A DNA stretch of 64,000 nt. It comes from Trichechus inunguis. Taxonomy: Eukaryota. Below, piece after piece: positions 1 to 20,010 of this stretch. The notes beneath the pieces are model-generated. The model saw nothing but the letters and a program-made list of their open reading frames with translations, was not told where the DNA came from and made no database searches. The DNA lies in the NCBI GenBank assembly GCA_046562895.1, contig CM102164.1:32779842-32843841 (forward strand). The letters are read 5' to 3'. A program made the position numbers and the translations under genes. The stretch's first letter is position 1. Each line of letters starts with the position of its first letter.

Positions 1-647
1 TAATATACAAGGCATAGTTTTTACAGAACCCTAAATTTATTTCACAGATGCATTTTTGTCAAGTTCATATCAATATCCCTGTTTATTTCCATGAGAGATG
101 CAAAGTTTCATATAAAGGGTGGGGGGAGGGAAACACTTTCAAGTAGGCCTAGTTAGAATTTTTTGTATGTGGAAAAACAAAAAGTGACTAGACCAGGGCC
201 AGCCTTGTTGGGCATTGTAAAACTGTACAAATAGATTGATGCATAATAAGAATTTCAGTCCCTAAAGAAGATTCCTGGATATTTTTATACAGTTGATGTT
301 CTTCATTCTCCCTGACTCCACACTTAAAATCCCCAGAAGTTTGCTTCCCCTTTCCTGTTATCTCGGTGCTTTGAAGTCAATAGGTCCGGATTATAATAAA
401 ATATGACAAGGGCTGGCAGCTACCAGACATAGCATCAGCAGTTCTCAGTGATGGTATCCTGCTCATTGAGTGAGGATTGCATTCTGTACTAGGAGGATGA
501 AACATGTAACTCCTGCAGAGCCAGTGAGGCCTCTACATAGTCTATGACCCTCATCATCCTGCCTCCTCAAGACTTTTCCCAGGGGTTCAGATATGACCTA
601 GAATGCTAAGGTAGAAGTCAAACTGGTTGGTGGCCCTTACCATAACT

Positions 648-866
648 AGCCCAAACAAAAAAAACCAAACCTGTTGCTGTCTAGTCGATTCTGACTCATA
701 GCGACCGTAGGACAGAGTAAAACTGCCCCACAGGGTTTCCAGTGCTGTAAATCTTTACAGAAGCAGACCGCCACATCTTTCTCCTGCGGAGCAGCTGGTG
801 GGTTTGATCTGCCGACCTTTTGGTTAGTAGCCGAGTGCTTTAACCACTGAGCCACCAGAGCTCCAT
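648..866 (-). mobile_element. AfroSINE (tRNA-derived afrotherian SINE), full length
   Basis: Reverse complement reads ggagctctggtggctcagtggttaaagcactcggctactaaccaaaaggtcggcagatcaaacccaccagctgctccgcaggagaaagatgtgg...ctatgagtcagaatcgactagacagcaacagg with a poly-T/A flank. The 69-aa ORF at 646-855 is an artefact of this SINE. Confidence 0.8.
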
Positions 867-1394
867 ATATCCAGCCACAGATGTGTTTTATTTATTCTGA
901 CAGTGTTTTCAAAAAATTGTTTTAGTTACTTGAATTTATGGGGGATTGTTCCCAAAGACACATATTTCTTAATTTTCTTGAAAAATATGATGACCTGGCT
1001 ATACTGCATTCCCGTTTTCACATGGCAGAGTTGAGTAGCAGCTCACATTCCAATCTCACAAGAACTTTGTTGAGCTGCAGTACCTACCTGGCCTCTTCAC
1101 TTATTTTGCTCTTTGCCAGTAACTGAAGTCATCTGAGTTTTTAACACCTCTATGAGTTTCTGGAACAGCTGTTGCACTACCCCCATAGGAAAGAAACCCT
1201 TGATATTTGCACCAGAAGGCCTTCCTATTTCCACAGAATCCTCCAAGGCCAGTCCAAAGAGATAAACTTCTTCCCTTGTACCTTTGTGATTCAGGCATCA
1301 CAGTGGTTTCAAAAGAGAAACAGCATTTTCACTATCCAGACGTCTCAGAGAAATTCATTGCTTCGTTGTATAACAGTTAAGAGCAAAGTTCTTA

Positions 1395-1520
1395 AAGTCA
1401 GATAGACCTGGACTTGAATCTTGGTTAGACCAGTTACTGGCTTTGTGCAAGTTATGTAGCCTCAGTGTTCTCATTAGTGAAATGGGGCTAATAACAATAC
1501 CTACTTCCATGGCTTATGAG
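1395..1520 (+). mobile_element. MIR SINE fragment
   Basis: MIR core-like ...gcctcagtgttctcattagtgaaatggggctaataacaatacctac... matches the MIR consensus gcctcagtttcctcatctgtaaaatggggataataatacctac. Confidence 0.55.
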
Positions 1521-2003
1521 GAGCGGAGACAAGAAGAGGCCAGGAGGATCACTGAAGCAGGGCTGCCTCACATTCAGGAAGGGCCACATCAGCATTAGGG
1601 CTTATGATGATCTCTCTAAATGAGTTAGGTATGTTATCATTTTTAATGTTATCATAGTTAATTTTAAGATATACTACAATTTTGTAATATTTTTAGCATT
1701 TCTTTTATTAATCCAAGAGCCTAAAAAAATTGAAAGGGCTCTAGACTTCCCTTACCCTTTGAGAGGCCATTTCTCCTTCATAAGTTGAAGAAGAAAATCC
1801 ATGTAAAGCACTCAATGCACTGCCCAGCTCCCAGTAAGTGCTCAGATAGGAATATCATTCTACTGACTTGTGACTAAGGATACATGTTCCAGTCTTATGC
1901 ACAATAATATTCCAGAGTAAACATTCACAGGCTTTAAAATGTATAATAGTAATTTCATTTGATAATGTCTGTTTTGGTTTCACCCAATTGTGATTCGATA
2001 TAG

Positions 2004-2126
2004 GATGAGAATGAGTCACCTTTTCCTAATATTCCAAATATTTTGGAACTTATTGCCAAAGAAGATGTGGACTTTCTGCCATACATAACTTGGCAGGAGG
2101 AGCAATCAGGTGCCAGCATGACACAG
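2004..2126 (+). CDS. Candidate internal coding exon of host gene (DENESPFPNIPNILELIAKEDVDFLPYITWQEEQSGASMTQ)
   Basis: Acceptor ...cgatatag|GATGAG and donor ACACAG|gtaaat. The 123 bp are open in exactly one frame, the other two frames have stops, and the length is a multiple of 3. Confidence 0.5.
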
Positions 2127-2699
2127 GTAAATGTTAATTACCAAATAAATTAGTATTGTATTTTTATATTTTCATGATGGTGAGGGATCTAAAATAGCAC
2201 CCTTGTGACCTGTATAGCAGAAACTGTTGTCTCCCTGATGATGAAAAATTTTTGCACATTTATGAAAATGTGCGTGACTGAGGAAGATGTATCAGGTAGA
2301 CATTCGAACTGAGAGCCCAGGGTAGTTGTAAATTACAAGAGAACAAGTGTGGTTAAGCTTCATTCATGGACAGATAAACAGAAAATTAAAATCATTTACT
2401 CTAGGGAGCCACATCCCCAAGGAAACTCCCTTTCAGCTGATTGGCTGCTCATGACAGATCTCATCATGGAGGTGATTACATTATATCAGATCTCATTCTG
2501 GAGGTGATTACAGCTGCCAAAACACATCATAACTGCCAAACCACTGAGAATCATGGCCCAGCCAAGTTGACAGAAAACCTTAACCATCACACTTCCATAG
2601 TCACAAGCCTACTAGATAAAAGAGAAATTGTAGTTGCCACAGAATAGATAGGTTGTGGCAGGGCTAGATGAGTGGACATGGCACAACTAGGCATCTCAA

Positions 2700-3060
2700 A
2701 CCCATTTTGGAATGAGCCAAAGCTATAAACCAAAACTATATTAAAAAGCTAGCAGCAAGTTGGTCTTTGAATAGTGTTTCCAAAATCTGCAAGACATTTA
2801 GACATATGACAAATAAAATCCAAAGACAATAATGAACTGGGAAAAAATATTTGCAACAGACAGATTAACTTTTTTAATATATAAAGAGCTCTCGAAAATT
2901 ATTAAAAAGACCAGTAATCCCATAGGAAAATAGGCAGAGTTTGATCATATATAAGCAAATAGTATGACTCTTAAACATATGAGAGATGCTCAACCTCATT
3001 GTTGCCGAGAAAAATGCCAATTAAGAATCCAGTGAAATTCTATTTTTTTTAAATCTATCA
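2700..3060 (+). mobile_element. Ancient L1 ORF2 C-terminal fragment
   Basis: Sense-strand remnants of the L1 ORF2 tail (aaaaagaccagtaatcccataggaaaataggcagag...catatgagagatgctcaacctcattg...), heavily diverged. Confidence 0.45.
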
Positions 3061-3123
3061 GAATGGCAAAGATCAAAAAGGAAGATAAGTGGAAGGTCAT
3101 AAAATATAGCAGTTAAGAAAACA

Positions 3124-3320
3124 GGAGTTATGGTTTGAATCCCAGCCCCACTTAACTAGCTCTGTGACCTTAACCTCTCAGTGCTCCAATTCTTTGTGCT
3201 CTAAAATGGTGACAATAATTAAACCTATCTCACAGAGTTGTTGTGAATAGTAAATGAATTAGTACATGTAAGACCTTGAGAACATGTCTCATTCTTGGTA
3301 GGCATTCAATAATGTTAGCA
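3124..3320 (+). mobile_element. MIR SINE
   Basis: ggtttgaatcccagccccacttaactagctctgtgaccttaacctctcagtgc...ctcacagagttgttgtgaatagtaaatgaattagtacatgtaa corresponds to the MIR consensus core and 3' region. Confidence 0.65.
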
Positions 3321-3339
3321 TTATTATTAGAAACAGTGC

Positions 3340-3740
3340 CTGGAAATGGTCTGATAGAGACTAGAGAAACCCCCAAGACTAATGCCCTAAGACAACCTTC
3401 TAACGGAAATTGAAGATACTCCCAGAGACCACCTCTCAGCCAAGTAATAGTCTGGACTATAAAATAAACAATAATACCCGCGAGGAATGTGCTCCTTAGA
3501 ATAATCAACTGTACAGGACCAAAAGGACAGCGTTTGCCCAAAAGCAAGATGAGAAGGCAGGGAGGGGCAGAGAAACAGGATGAATGGAAACAAGAAAGCC
3601 AGGGAGGAAATGGGAATAGTGGTGACATGTTGTGGTGATTGCAACCAATGTCATGGAACAATTTGTGTCTGAAATATTGATGGAAAAACTAATTTGTTAT
3701 ATAAATTCTCACTTAAGGTATAATAAAATGTTAAAAAAAA
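3340..3740 (+). mobile_element. Unclassified poly(A)-tailed SINE-like element
   Basis: Ends in a15 at ~3727-3742. Its 3' half is repeated at 34980-35290 (...gatgaatggaaa...ttggcaaccaatgtca...aacaatatgtgt...ttaatgagaaa.taatt...). Family not recognised. Confidence 0.4.
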
Positions 3741-3947
3741 AAAAAGAGTGTCTGGAAAAAGACACTTTCCTGCAAGCTGGTGGGAGTGTACAACCTTTTT
3801 GGAGGGCAATCTAGCAACATCTATACTACTATTATAAAGAGTAAGTCAGCTCTGTATGTGTTATTATAGAAAGATCTCTAAGATATATTAAGCAAGAAAA
3901 GCAAGATGGAGAACTCTGTGAATAATATGCTACTATAAATGCAGTAT

Positions 3948-5040
3948 TAAAGCCCATGGAAGCAGCAGTCAAGAAGTCAAACATTGCATTGGGCAAATCT
4001 GCTGGGAAAGACCTCTTTAAAGTGTTAAAAAGCAAAGACGTCACACTGAGGGCTAACGTGCACTTGACCCAAGCCATTGTATTTTCAGTCACCTCATATG
4101 CATACGAAAGCTGGACAAGGAATAAGGAAGACTGAAGAATTGATGCATTTGAATTATGTTGTTGGTGAAAAATATTGAATATACCGTCAACTGCCAAAAG
4201 AATGTACAAATCTGTTTTGGAAGAAGTATAGCCAGAATGCTCCTTAGAAGTAAAGATGGCAAGACTTTGTCTCCTGTGCTTTGGATATGTTATTAGGAGG
4301 GACCAGTCCCTGGAGAAGGACATCATGCTTGGTAAAGTAGAGGGTCAGTGAAAAAGAGGAAGACCCTCAATGAGATGGATTGACACAGTAGCTATCATGG
4401 ATTGAATTGTGTCCCCCAAAAAGATGTGTTATCAATTTGGCTAGGCCACGATTCCCAGTATTGTAATTGTCCACCATTTTATCATCTGATGTGATTTCCC
4501 TATATGTTGTAAATCCTACCTGTATGATGTTAATGAGGTGGGATAGGCAGCAGTTAATGAGGCAGGACTCAATCTACAGGATTGGGTTGTGTCTTGAGCC
4601 AATCTCTTTTGAGATATAAAAGACAGAAGTGAGCTGAGAGACAAGGGGACCTCATATCACCAAGAAAGTAGCATTGGGAGCAGAGCATGTCCTTTGGACC
4701 TGGGGTTCCTGCGCAAAGAAGCTCCTAGTCCAGGGGAAGATTGATGGATCTTCCTCCAGAGCCTACAGAGAGAGAAAGCATTCTCCTGGAGCTGATGCCC
4801 TGAATTTGGGCTTCTAGCCTACTAGACTGTGAGAAAATAAATTCCTCTTTGTTAAAGCCATCCATTTGTGGTTATTTCTGTTATAGCAGCACTAGATAAC
4901 TAAGACAGTGGCTACAACAATGGGCTCAAACACAGCAATGATTGTGAGGATGGTGCGGGACCGGGCAACGTTTCGTTCTATTGTACATGGGGTCACTATG
5001 AGTCGGAACTGACTCGACAGCACCTAACAACAACAACACT
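3948..5040 (+). mobile_element. RTE/BovB LINE 3' portion (C-terminal ORF + 3' end), interrupted by a nested insert
   Basis: Plus-strand translation gives the RTE C-terminus ...LGKSAGKDLFKVLKSKDVTLRANVHLTQAIVFSV...RRIDAFELCCW...RRDQSLEKDIMLGKVEGQ.KRGRPSMRWIDTVA. The 3' end ggaccgggcaacgtttcgttctattgtacatggggtcactatgagtcggaactgactcgacagcacctaacaacaacaa is typical of the RTE tail. The element is discontinuous between 4385 and 4905. Confidence 0.75.
4385..4905. mobile_element. Unclassified ~520-bp interspersed repeat nested inside the RTE copy
   Basis: It splits the RTE (...gattgacacagtagct | insert | ggctacaacaatgggctc...). Internal motifs: ggattgaattgtgtcccccaaaaagatgtgtt ... ctgtgagaaaataaattcctctttgttaaagccatccatttgtggt. 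Confidence 0.4.
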
Positions 5041-5049
5041 TATGTACGA

Positions 5050-5625
5050 ACAAAATAGGTGAAAAACGTTTTAGTGACTTTTTAATTTTCATTTCATTCT
5101 TTATGAATGAAGAGCATGTTTTCATATTCTTAAGGGTTCCACATATCTCCTTTTTTATGAACTGTCAATTCATGTCTTTTGCACTTTTTTATTGTGCTGT
5201 TTGTTAGTCATTTTCTTATTTATTTTAGGAAAGTTTATATATTTGGAGAATGAGCCCTTTGTAATATGAATTCCCCAAAATTGTTCATCTCATTTGAATT
5301 TATCCTGATAAGAAGTATGAAACCAACTTTATATTATTTTCCAAATGGCTACCCACTTTTCCCAATAGTGTATATTGAGTAATTGTTCTGTTCCTCCCAT
5401 TGATTTGAAATACCTTTATGATCTACTAAATACCCATGTTTTGGAGTATATTGCTGGAGCATCTACTCTGTTCCATTGATCCATGTGTTTTAATTATTGT
5501 AGTTTTATAAAATACTTTAACATCTGATAGATCTAGTCCATCACTATTGCTCTTTTTCAGATTGCTAGTGTAATTCCAAAAACAATTTTTAAACCATATA
5601 AACATTATTTAAAAAATATTATTTT
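5050..5625 (-). mobile_element. Old L1 (ORF2 3' region) fragment, antisense on + strand
   Basis: Antisense L1 ORF2-tail signature: ctgtcaattcatgtcttttgcac...tcccaatagtgtatattgagtaattgttct...ccattgatccatgtgttttaattattgtagttttata. Confidence 0.5.
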
Positions 5626-5639
5626 TTTTTTTTAGTGAT

Positions 5640-6060
5640 GAGTTCCATTTATTGAACATCCCCCACATGTCTGTCAGTTTGTCATACTGTAGTGACTTGT
5701 GTGTTGCTGTGATGTTGAAAGCCATACCACTGGTATTTCAAATACCAACAGGGTCACCCGTGATGGACAAGTTTCAGCAGAGCTTGCAGACTCAGACAGA
5801 CTAGGAAGAAAGGCCTGGTGATCTACTTCCAAAAATTAGCCAAGGAAAATCCTATGGATCATAACAGAATATCATCGAGTACAGTGCTAGAAGATGAGCG
5901 CCCTAGGTTGGAAGGCACTCAGTACACAGTGGCTGCAACAATGGACACAAGCATACCATGATTGTGAAGATGGTGCAGGACCCGGCAACGTTTCCTTCTG
6001 TTGTACGAGGGGTCACCATGAGTTGGAGCCGACTTGATAGCAACTGACAAAAACAGCAGC
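5640..6060 (+). mobile_element. RTE/BovB internal-deletion derivative (5'UTR joined directly to 3' end)
   Basis: 5640-5905 matches the RTE 5' leader and ORF start and is the reverse complement of 27480-27650. It runs straight into the RTE 3' terminus (...ggaaggcactcag|tacacagtggctgcaacaatggacacaag...ggtcaccatgagttggagccgacttgatagcaactgacaaaaaca). Confidence 0.55.
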
Positions 6061-6329
6061 AGCATTTGGAGGATATTATTATCATCTTTCTTTTACAGAT
6101 GAGAAAATTGAGGCTTTGAGAGATCAAGTGACTGCCCAGGATCAAGAGGGTTAGAATCTGAGTCTGGTTGATTCCGGAGACCTGAGTGCTAAACTGGTGC
6201 TCACTGGTTGGGAAGGTGTGTAATAAAAAATAGTTCCAGGTGAATGGGCAAGGGAGCTACTCACATTTATCCAATTCCAGGAATGGAGAAGATAAGATAG
6301 GTTTCAAAGAAAATAGACAGGCAGATTTT

Positions 6330-9300
6330 TTTTGTTTTGTTTTGTATTTTTTTTTTTTTTAGTTTTTTTTTTTTATTGTGCTTTAAATGGAAGCTTACAG
6401 TTCAAGTTAGTTTCTCATACAAAACTTTATATACACACTGCTATGTGACCCTAGTTGCACTCCCCATACTGTGACAGCATACTCCTTCTTTCCACCCTGG
6501 ATTTACTGTGTCCATTCAACCAACTCCTGTCCCTTTCTACCTTCTCATCCCTCCTTCTGGACAGGAGCTGCCCATTAGACTCATGTATCTACTTGAGCTA
6601 AGAAGCACACTCTTCACTAGTATCATTTTATGTCTTATAGTCCAGTCTAATCTTTGTCTGCAAGAGTTGGCTTCAGGACTCGTTTGGCTTTGGGCTAACA
6701 GAGAGTCCGGGGGCCGTGTCTTCTGGGATTCCTGTAGTCTTAGTAGATCACTAAGTCTGATCGTTTTACTAGAATTTGAGTTCTGTACCCCACTTTTCTC
6801 CTGCTCCGCCAGGGACATTCTGTTGTGTTCCCTGTCAGGGTGGTCATTGGTAGTAACCAAGTACCATCTAGCTCTTCTGGTCTCAGGCTGATGGAGTCTC
6901 TGGTTTATGTGGCCCTTTTGTCTCTTGCGCTAATATTTTCCTTGTGTCTTTGGTGTTCTTCATTCTCCTTTACTCCAAGTGGGTTTGGACCAACTGATGC
7001 ATCTTAGATGGCCACTTGCTATCTTTTAAGACCCCAGATGCCACTCACCAAAGTGGGATGCAGAACATTTTCTTAATAAACTTTGTTATGCCAATTGACC
7101 TAGATGTCCCCTGAAACCATGGTCCCCAGACCCCTACCTCTGCTACTCTGTCCCTCGCAGTGTTTGGTTGTGTTCAGGAAACTTATTAGCTTTTGGTTTA
7201 GTCCAGTTGTGCTCACTTCTCCTGTAGTGTGTGTTGTCCTTCCCTTCACCTAAGATAATTGTTGTCTACTATCTAGCTAGTGAATACCCCTCTCCCTCCC
7301 TCCCCAGCCTCATAACCATCGTAACCTTGTAACCATCGTAACCTCGTAACCAGAAAAGAATCTTTTCTTCTGTGTTTAAACCTTTTCTTGAGTTCTTATA
7401 ATAGTGGCCTTATACAATATTTGTCCTTTTGCAACTGACTAGATTCACTCAGCATAATGCCGTCCAGATTCATCCATGTTATGAGATGTTTCATGGATTC
7501 ATCTTTATTCTTTATCCCTGTGTAGTATTCCATTGTGAATATACCATAATTTGTTTATCCATTCATCCATTGATGGGCACCTAGGTTGTTTCCATCTTTT
7601 TGCTATTGTGAACAGTGCTGCAGTGAACATGGGTGCGCATATATCTATTCACGTGATGTCTCTTATTTCTCTAAGATATATTCCAAGGAGTAGGATTGCT
7701 GGATCATATGGTACTTCTATTTCTAGCTTTTCAAGGAAGTGCCAAATTGATTTCCAAAGTGGTTGCACCATTTTACATTCCCACCAACAGTGTGTAAGTG
7801 TTCCAGGCTCTCCACAACCTCTCCAACATTTATTATTTTGTGTTTTTTGGATTAATGCTAGCCTTGTTGGGGTGAGATGGTATCTCATTGTAATTTTGAT
7901 TTGCATTTCTCTAATGGCTAATGATCGTAAACATTTCCTCATGTATCTGTTAGCTACCTGAATGTCTTTGGCAAAGTGCCTGTTCACATCCTTTGCCCAT
8001 TTTTTAATTGGGTTATTTGTCTTTTTGTGGTTGAAGTTTTGCAGTATCTTGTAGATTTTAGAGATTAGACCCCGGATGGATATGTCGTAGCGAAAATTTT
8101 TTTCTCAGTCTGTAGGTCGTGTTTTTACTCTTTAGGTGAAGTCTTTTGATGAGCATAAGTGTTTGATTTTTAGGAACTCCCAGTTATCTAGTGTCTCTTC
8201 TGGTGTTTGTGCATTGTTAGCTATGTTTTGTATTCTGTTTATGCTATGTATTGTGGCTCCTAGCATTGTCCCTATTTTTTCTTCCATGATCTTTATCCTT
8301 TTAAATTTTATATTTAGGTCTTTGATACATTTTGAGTCAGTTTTTATACATGGTATGAGGTATGGGTCTTGTTTAATGTTTTTCAGGTGGATATCCAGTT
8401 ACACCAGCACCATTTGTTAAAGAGACTGTCGTTTCCCCAATTAACGGACTTTGGGCCTTTGTCCAATATCAGGTGCTCATAGGTGGATGAATTTATGTCT
8501 GGATTCTCAATTCTGTTACATTGGTCTATGTGTCTCTTGTTGTACCAATACCAGGCTGTTTTGACTACCATGGCAGTATAATAGATTCTAAAATCAGGTA
8601 GTATGAGGCCTGCCACTTTGTTCTTCTTCTTCAGTAAAGCTTCACTTAACCGGGGTGTCTTCCCTTTCCATATGAAGTTGGTGATTTTTTTCTCCATCTC
8701 ATTAGAAAATGTCATTGGAATTTGGATTGAGATTGCATTGTATCTGTAGATTGCTTTGGGTAGAATTGACATTTTCACAATGTTGAGTCTTCCTATCCAC
8801 GAGCAAGGTATGTTTTTCCACTTATGTAGGTCTCTTTTGGTTTCTTGCAGTAGCGTCTTGTAATTTTCATTGTATAGGTCTTTTATGTTTCTGGTTAGAA
8901 TTATTCCTAAGTATTTTATCTTCTTGTGGGCAGTTGTAAATGGTATTGATTTGGTGATTTCCTCTACAAAGTTCTTTTTGTTGGTGTAAAGGAATCCAAC
9001 TAATTTTTGTATGTTTATCTTGTATCCTGATACTTTGCTGAAATCTTCTATTAGTTCCATTAGTTTTCTTGTGGATTCCTTGGAGTTTTCTGTGTGTAAG
9101 ATCATATCATCTGCAAATAGAGATGCTTTTACTTCTTCCTTAACAATTTGGATGCCCTTTATTTCTTTTTCTAGCCTAATTGGTCTGGCTAGGACCTCCA
9201 GCACAATGTTGAATAAGAGTGGTGATAAAGAGTGATGTCTGGTTCCCGTTCTCAAGGGGAATGCTTTCAGACTCTCTATTTAGGATGATGTTGACTGTTG

Positions 9301-9540
9301 GCTTTGTATAAATGCCCTTTATTATGTTGAGGAATTTCCCTCGTATTCCTATTTTGCTGAGCATTTTTATCATGAATGGGTGTTGGACTTTGTCAAATGC
9401 CTTTTCTGCATCAATTGATAAGATCATGTGGTTCTCGTCTTTTGTTTTATTTGTGTGATGGATTACATTGATTGTTTTTCTAATTGAACCATCCCTGTAT
9501 ACATGGTATAAAACCCACTTGATCATGATGAATTATTATT
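6330..9540 (-). mobile_element. L1 copy, 5'-truncated within ORF2 (older, diverged ~1-kb 3'UTR + ORF2 RT/C-terminal region)
   Basis: Poly-T at 6330-6375, then the antisense L1 3'UTR. Minus-strand ORFs encode the L1 ORF2 C-terminus ([40 protein letters not shown]...) and the RT domain (8383-9255 and 9176-9526, with FDKVQHPF and FADDMILH motifs). It ends at ...IIHHDQVGF next to the poly-T of the following L1. Confidence 0.8.
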
Positions 9541-17150
<7,610 letters not shown>

Positions 17151-17569
17151 TAAATGTGTGTTTTGTTATGTATTTTGTAATATTAATTATTTAAATGTAT
17201 ACTTGAAACTTGGCTGAGATGGGAAAGGGCTACTCCTTTTTTAAGAGCTCATTTACTTTGGTATAGTTAGGGACTAATTATTTACGAAAGTATTAACTTA
17301 AATCTCAAGGACTTGTCATGTACATAAAACTTGATTTGGTTGTATGCAACTTTTTAAGGAACACTGTTTAGACTGAAATAATAGTAGTGAAATAGCATCT
17401 TTCATTCCCCTATGTTATACATATGGCTTGTACTCTGGTGTAAAGATATATTCATTTAGTTACTTTAAAGTTTTTGAAATATCTTTTCATTTTTCTCAGT
17501 TTCTTAATATTGCTGTAAAGCAGAATAAAGAGTAGAAAAAATTACTTCAAATTGTTAGCTATTTTAGGG

Positions 17570-17700
17570 CTAATTTATACACTATAATTCTGCTAATTGT
17601 AACATTTTGGGCAAGTCACTGTATTCTTTTGGTTCTCAGTTTCCTCATATGTAAAATGAGGGGTACTTAAAATTCTGTGATTCTAAGAACCAAGAAAGAT
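17570..17700 (+). mobile_element. MIR fragment
   Basis: ...gggcaagtcactgtattcttttggttctcagtttcctcatatgtaaaatgaggggtac... matches the MIR core. Confidence 0.5.
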
Positions 17701-17966
17701 GAAGATCTTTAAGTACCTGATGTATTTATTGCTGATATTCTCTCCAGGTCTCAAATTCCATATCTATAAATGAAGGAGTTGTACTTAAATGATCTTGAAG
17801 AGCTCTGGTTTTATTTTCAATGTTTCTGCCTGTGTTGATGATCCTGACTCTGGAACTCATTATCTGGCATAAACAATTGCTTGACTACTAGGAAGTCTGA
17901 AGTATGTTTGTTTGTTAGTTTTATTCTATATTTTCTCCTTACGTTATAATTTTCTCTTCTGGGTAG

Positions 17967-19034
17967 ATTATTTCAGCATCCTCTGAATGGAATGAAGATT
18001 TGCAACACAAATCTTTGACTGAAAGAAAAGTTAAATCACCCAAGCCAGAAGTTTCTGAAGATGTTGGAGTGTTTAATTTAGCCACTCAACTACCAGTACA
18101 ACCTTTAATACTCAATTCTGAATGTGGACTTGTGGCAAAGCCACTGGATTTAAGTTGGATGAATTCATTAAAAAAAAAAAAAATTAAAGCACAATTTAGG
18201 AAATCCTCTTTACACACAAAAAATGATGTTTTCAAGCCTTCTCTTTCTCTTGGTGCTGCACCCATCCTCCCAGGTGCCTCTCATGTTGATTCTGGTTTCC
18301 TCTCTCCTCCCGTATCTCCTCAGAACTCTCTTTTTGGTTCTCCTGGTAGTCTCAAACAGTTTGGTCCATCTAAATATGACCAAGACCTTGAAACTGGCAG
18401 TTGTACTGACGTTTCTCTTAAGTTGGATTTCCCTTCCAGGCTGCCTCCACAGAACCCACCTTTTAGATCCCCTGCTTGTTCTCCTTTTTCTGCTGCATCA
18501 TTTGGCTCCAAACAGATTGATCGATCTAAAATTTACCAAGACCGTGAGATCTGTGGAACTGGCATTTCCCTTGGAACGTACTCAACTCCCAGACCACGTC
18601 TTTTTCTTTCTCTTCCTAGACTTCCTCCCCCTGTTTCAGCCGTAGGTTTTAGTGTTCCTTCTCCTCTTCATTTTCAAAACTCTCTGGATCCTTTGAGTGC
18701 CAATTATAAGCAACCAATAGATTTACTTGGGTTTGCTAGCAGTGAATCAGGAGTTTCTTTTCCATTAAATATTTCTGCTGGAACTGCGTTATCAGATCCT
18801 CCCCTACATGATCTTCAGACTGCCTCAAGTCATGAAAGTTCTTCTGAAATGAAAAGTAATGAAAGGTCAGTGCTTCAAGCAAGTAGGTTTTCAAAAAGGG
18901 TGGCAAAATCTGATGAAACAAGAAGTGACTTTACCTCAAGCTTTCAGGCACAAAATGATGAGGATGACAAAGTCTGCAAACAAAGCTGGAGGAATTTTGT
19001 GCCTTGGACTAAACTGTTCAGTCTCCAGACTGAG
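17967..19034 (+). CDS. Large coding exon of host gene; Ser/Pro-rich, predicted disordered, with scattered FG/SFG motifs
   Basis: Acceptor ttttctcttctgggtag|ATT and donor CAGACTGAG|gtattg. The 1068 nt (356 codons) have no stop in one frame inside an AT-rich genome. It corresponds to track ORF 18000-19085, which continues into the intron. Confidence 0.8.
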
Positions 19035-19599
19035 GTATTGATCTTATTTCTCTTTAAGTCTGTGGTAGTTAGCTTCATAGTTTAGAACAGTGCTACTCAA
19101 AGTAGCCTGTCAGTGAACTGTTTATGACCATACCTTGGTCATAAACAGCAAATCAACAGACCACTTCCTTCATCAAGGAAATCTTGCTATCCATAAGTAA
19201 AATAAATAAGTCCACTGAACTAGAAAATGTACTTGATGATGTATTTGACTAGTGTTTCTCTGTTAAGTGTTAAGCTGAAACATCATGCTAGTTCATGCTA
19301 ATATTCTGTAGTTGAAAATTAACATGCCTGCACAGGTCATAGAGTAAGATCTTAGTTTCCAGGGCTCTAGAACTGATGAACAGAAATTCATGTACATTTC
19401 CCTTTGGAGGTAAAGCACAAGTGCTGGAAGTACACTCTAAATAATTTCCACATAATGTCTTTGGAATATAGATATGACTTAATATGTTATAATTGTGGTT
19501 AGGGCTTATTACTCCTTTTGTTAAGCTAATAAACACCCTATAAAGTTAACTCTTGCTCTGCTACCAAGACCCAATATCACATCTCTAATTATTATTATT

Positions 19600-20010
19600 T
19601 TTTATGTAAAATAGTGAAGTGGAAAGGCAGCTTGATTTAGTATAAGACTGAGTCCCAGCCCTACCACTTTTGATTTTAGGCAAGTCAGATAACCTTTTTG
19701 AGTTTCAATTTCCTCATCCATGTAAAGGGGATAATAATCGTGTCTACCTCCTAGAGTGTTTTTGAGGTTTAAAAAGGATAATAACAGCCACCCAGCTTTC
19801 CTTACAGGAAATAATGTACATAAAAGCAGTGTAGGAAGGAGTATAGCAGTTAGTCAAGAGTGTGGGCCCTAGAGCCATACTATTGAAGTTTAAATCCTGG
19901 TTCTGCTGCTTATCAGCTGTGTCACTTTAGACAAGTTAACTTCACCTTTCTGGATCTCAGTATCTTCATCTGCAAAGTGAGTGTAATAATAGTCCTTATC
20001 TAAGAAGTTG
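19600..20010 (+). mobile_element. Two adjacent MIR SINE copies
   Basis: The MIR core appears twice (...gtcagataacctttttgagtttcaatttcctcatccatgtaaaggggataataat... and ...tagacaagttaacttcacctttctggatctcagtatcttcatctgcaaagtgagtgtaataatagtcc...). Confidence 0.6.

Noticed and set aside
18000-18002. The ORF track starts the 361-aa ORF at a TTG translated as M.
   Set aside because: The prokaryotic alternative-start convention is not applicable. In this mammalian gene the exon begins at the splice acceptor at 17967 and the ORF end at 19085 lies in the intron.
18223-18645. A 140-aa Leu-rich ORF in an alternative frame, and a minus-strand 63-aa ORF, overlapping the large exon.
   Set aside because: These are overlapping-frame artefacts of the Ser/Pro-rich exon. 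The frame supported by splice sites and length is 18000-19085.
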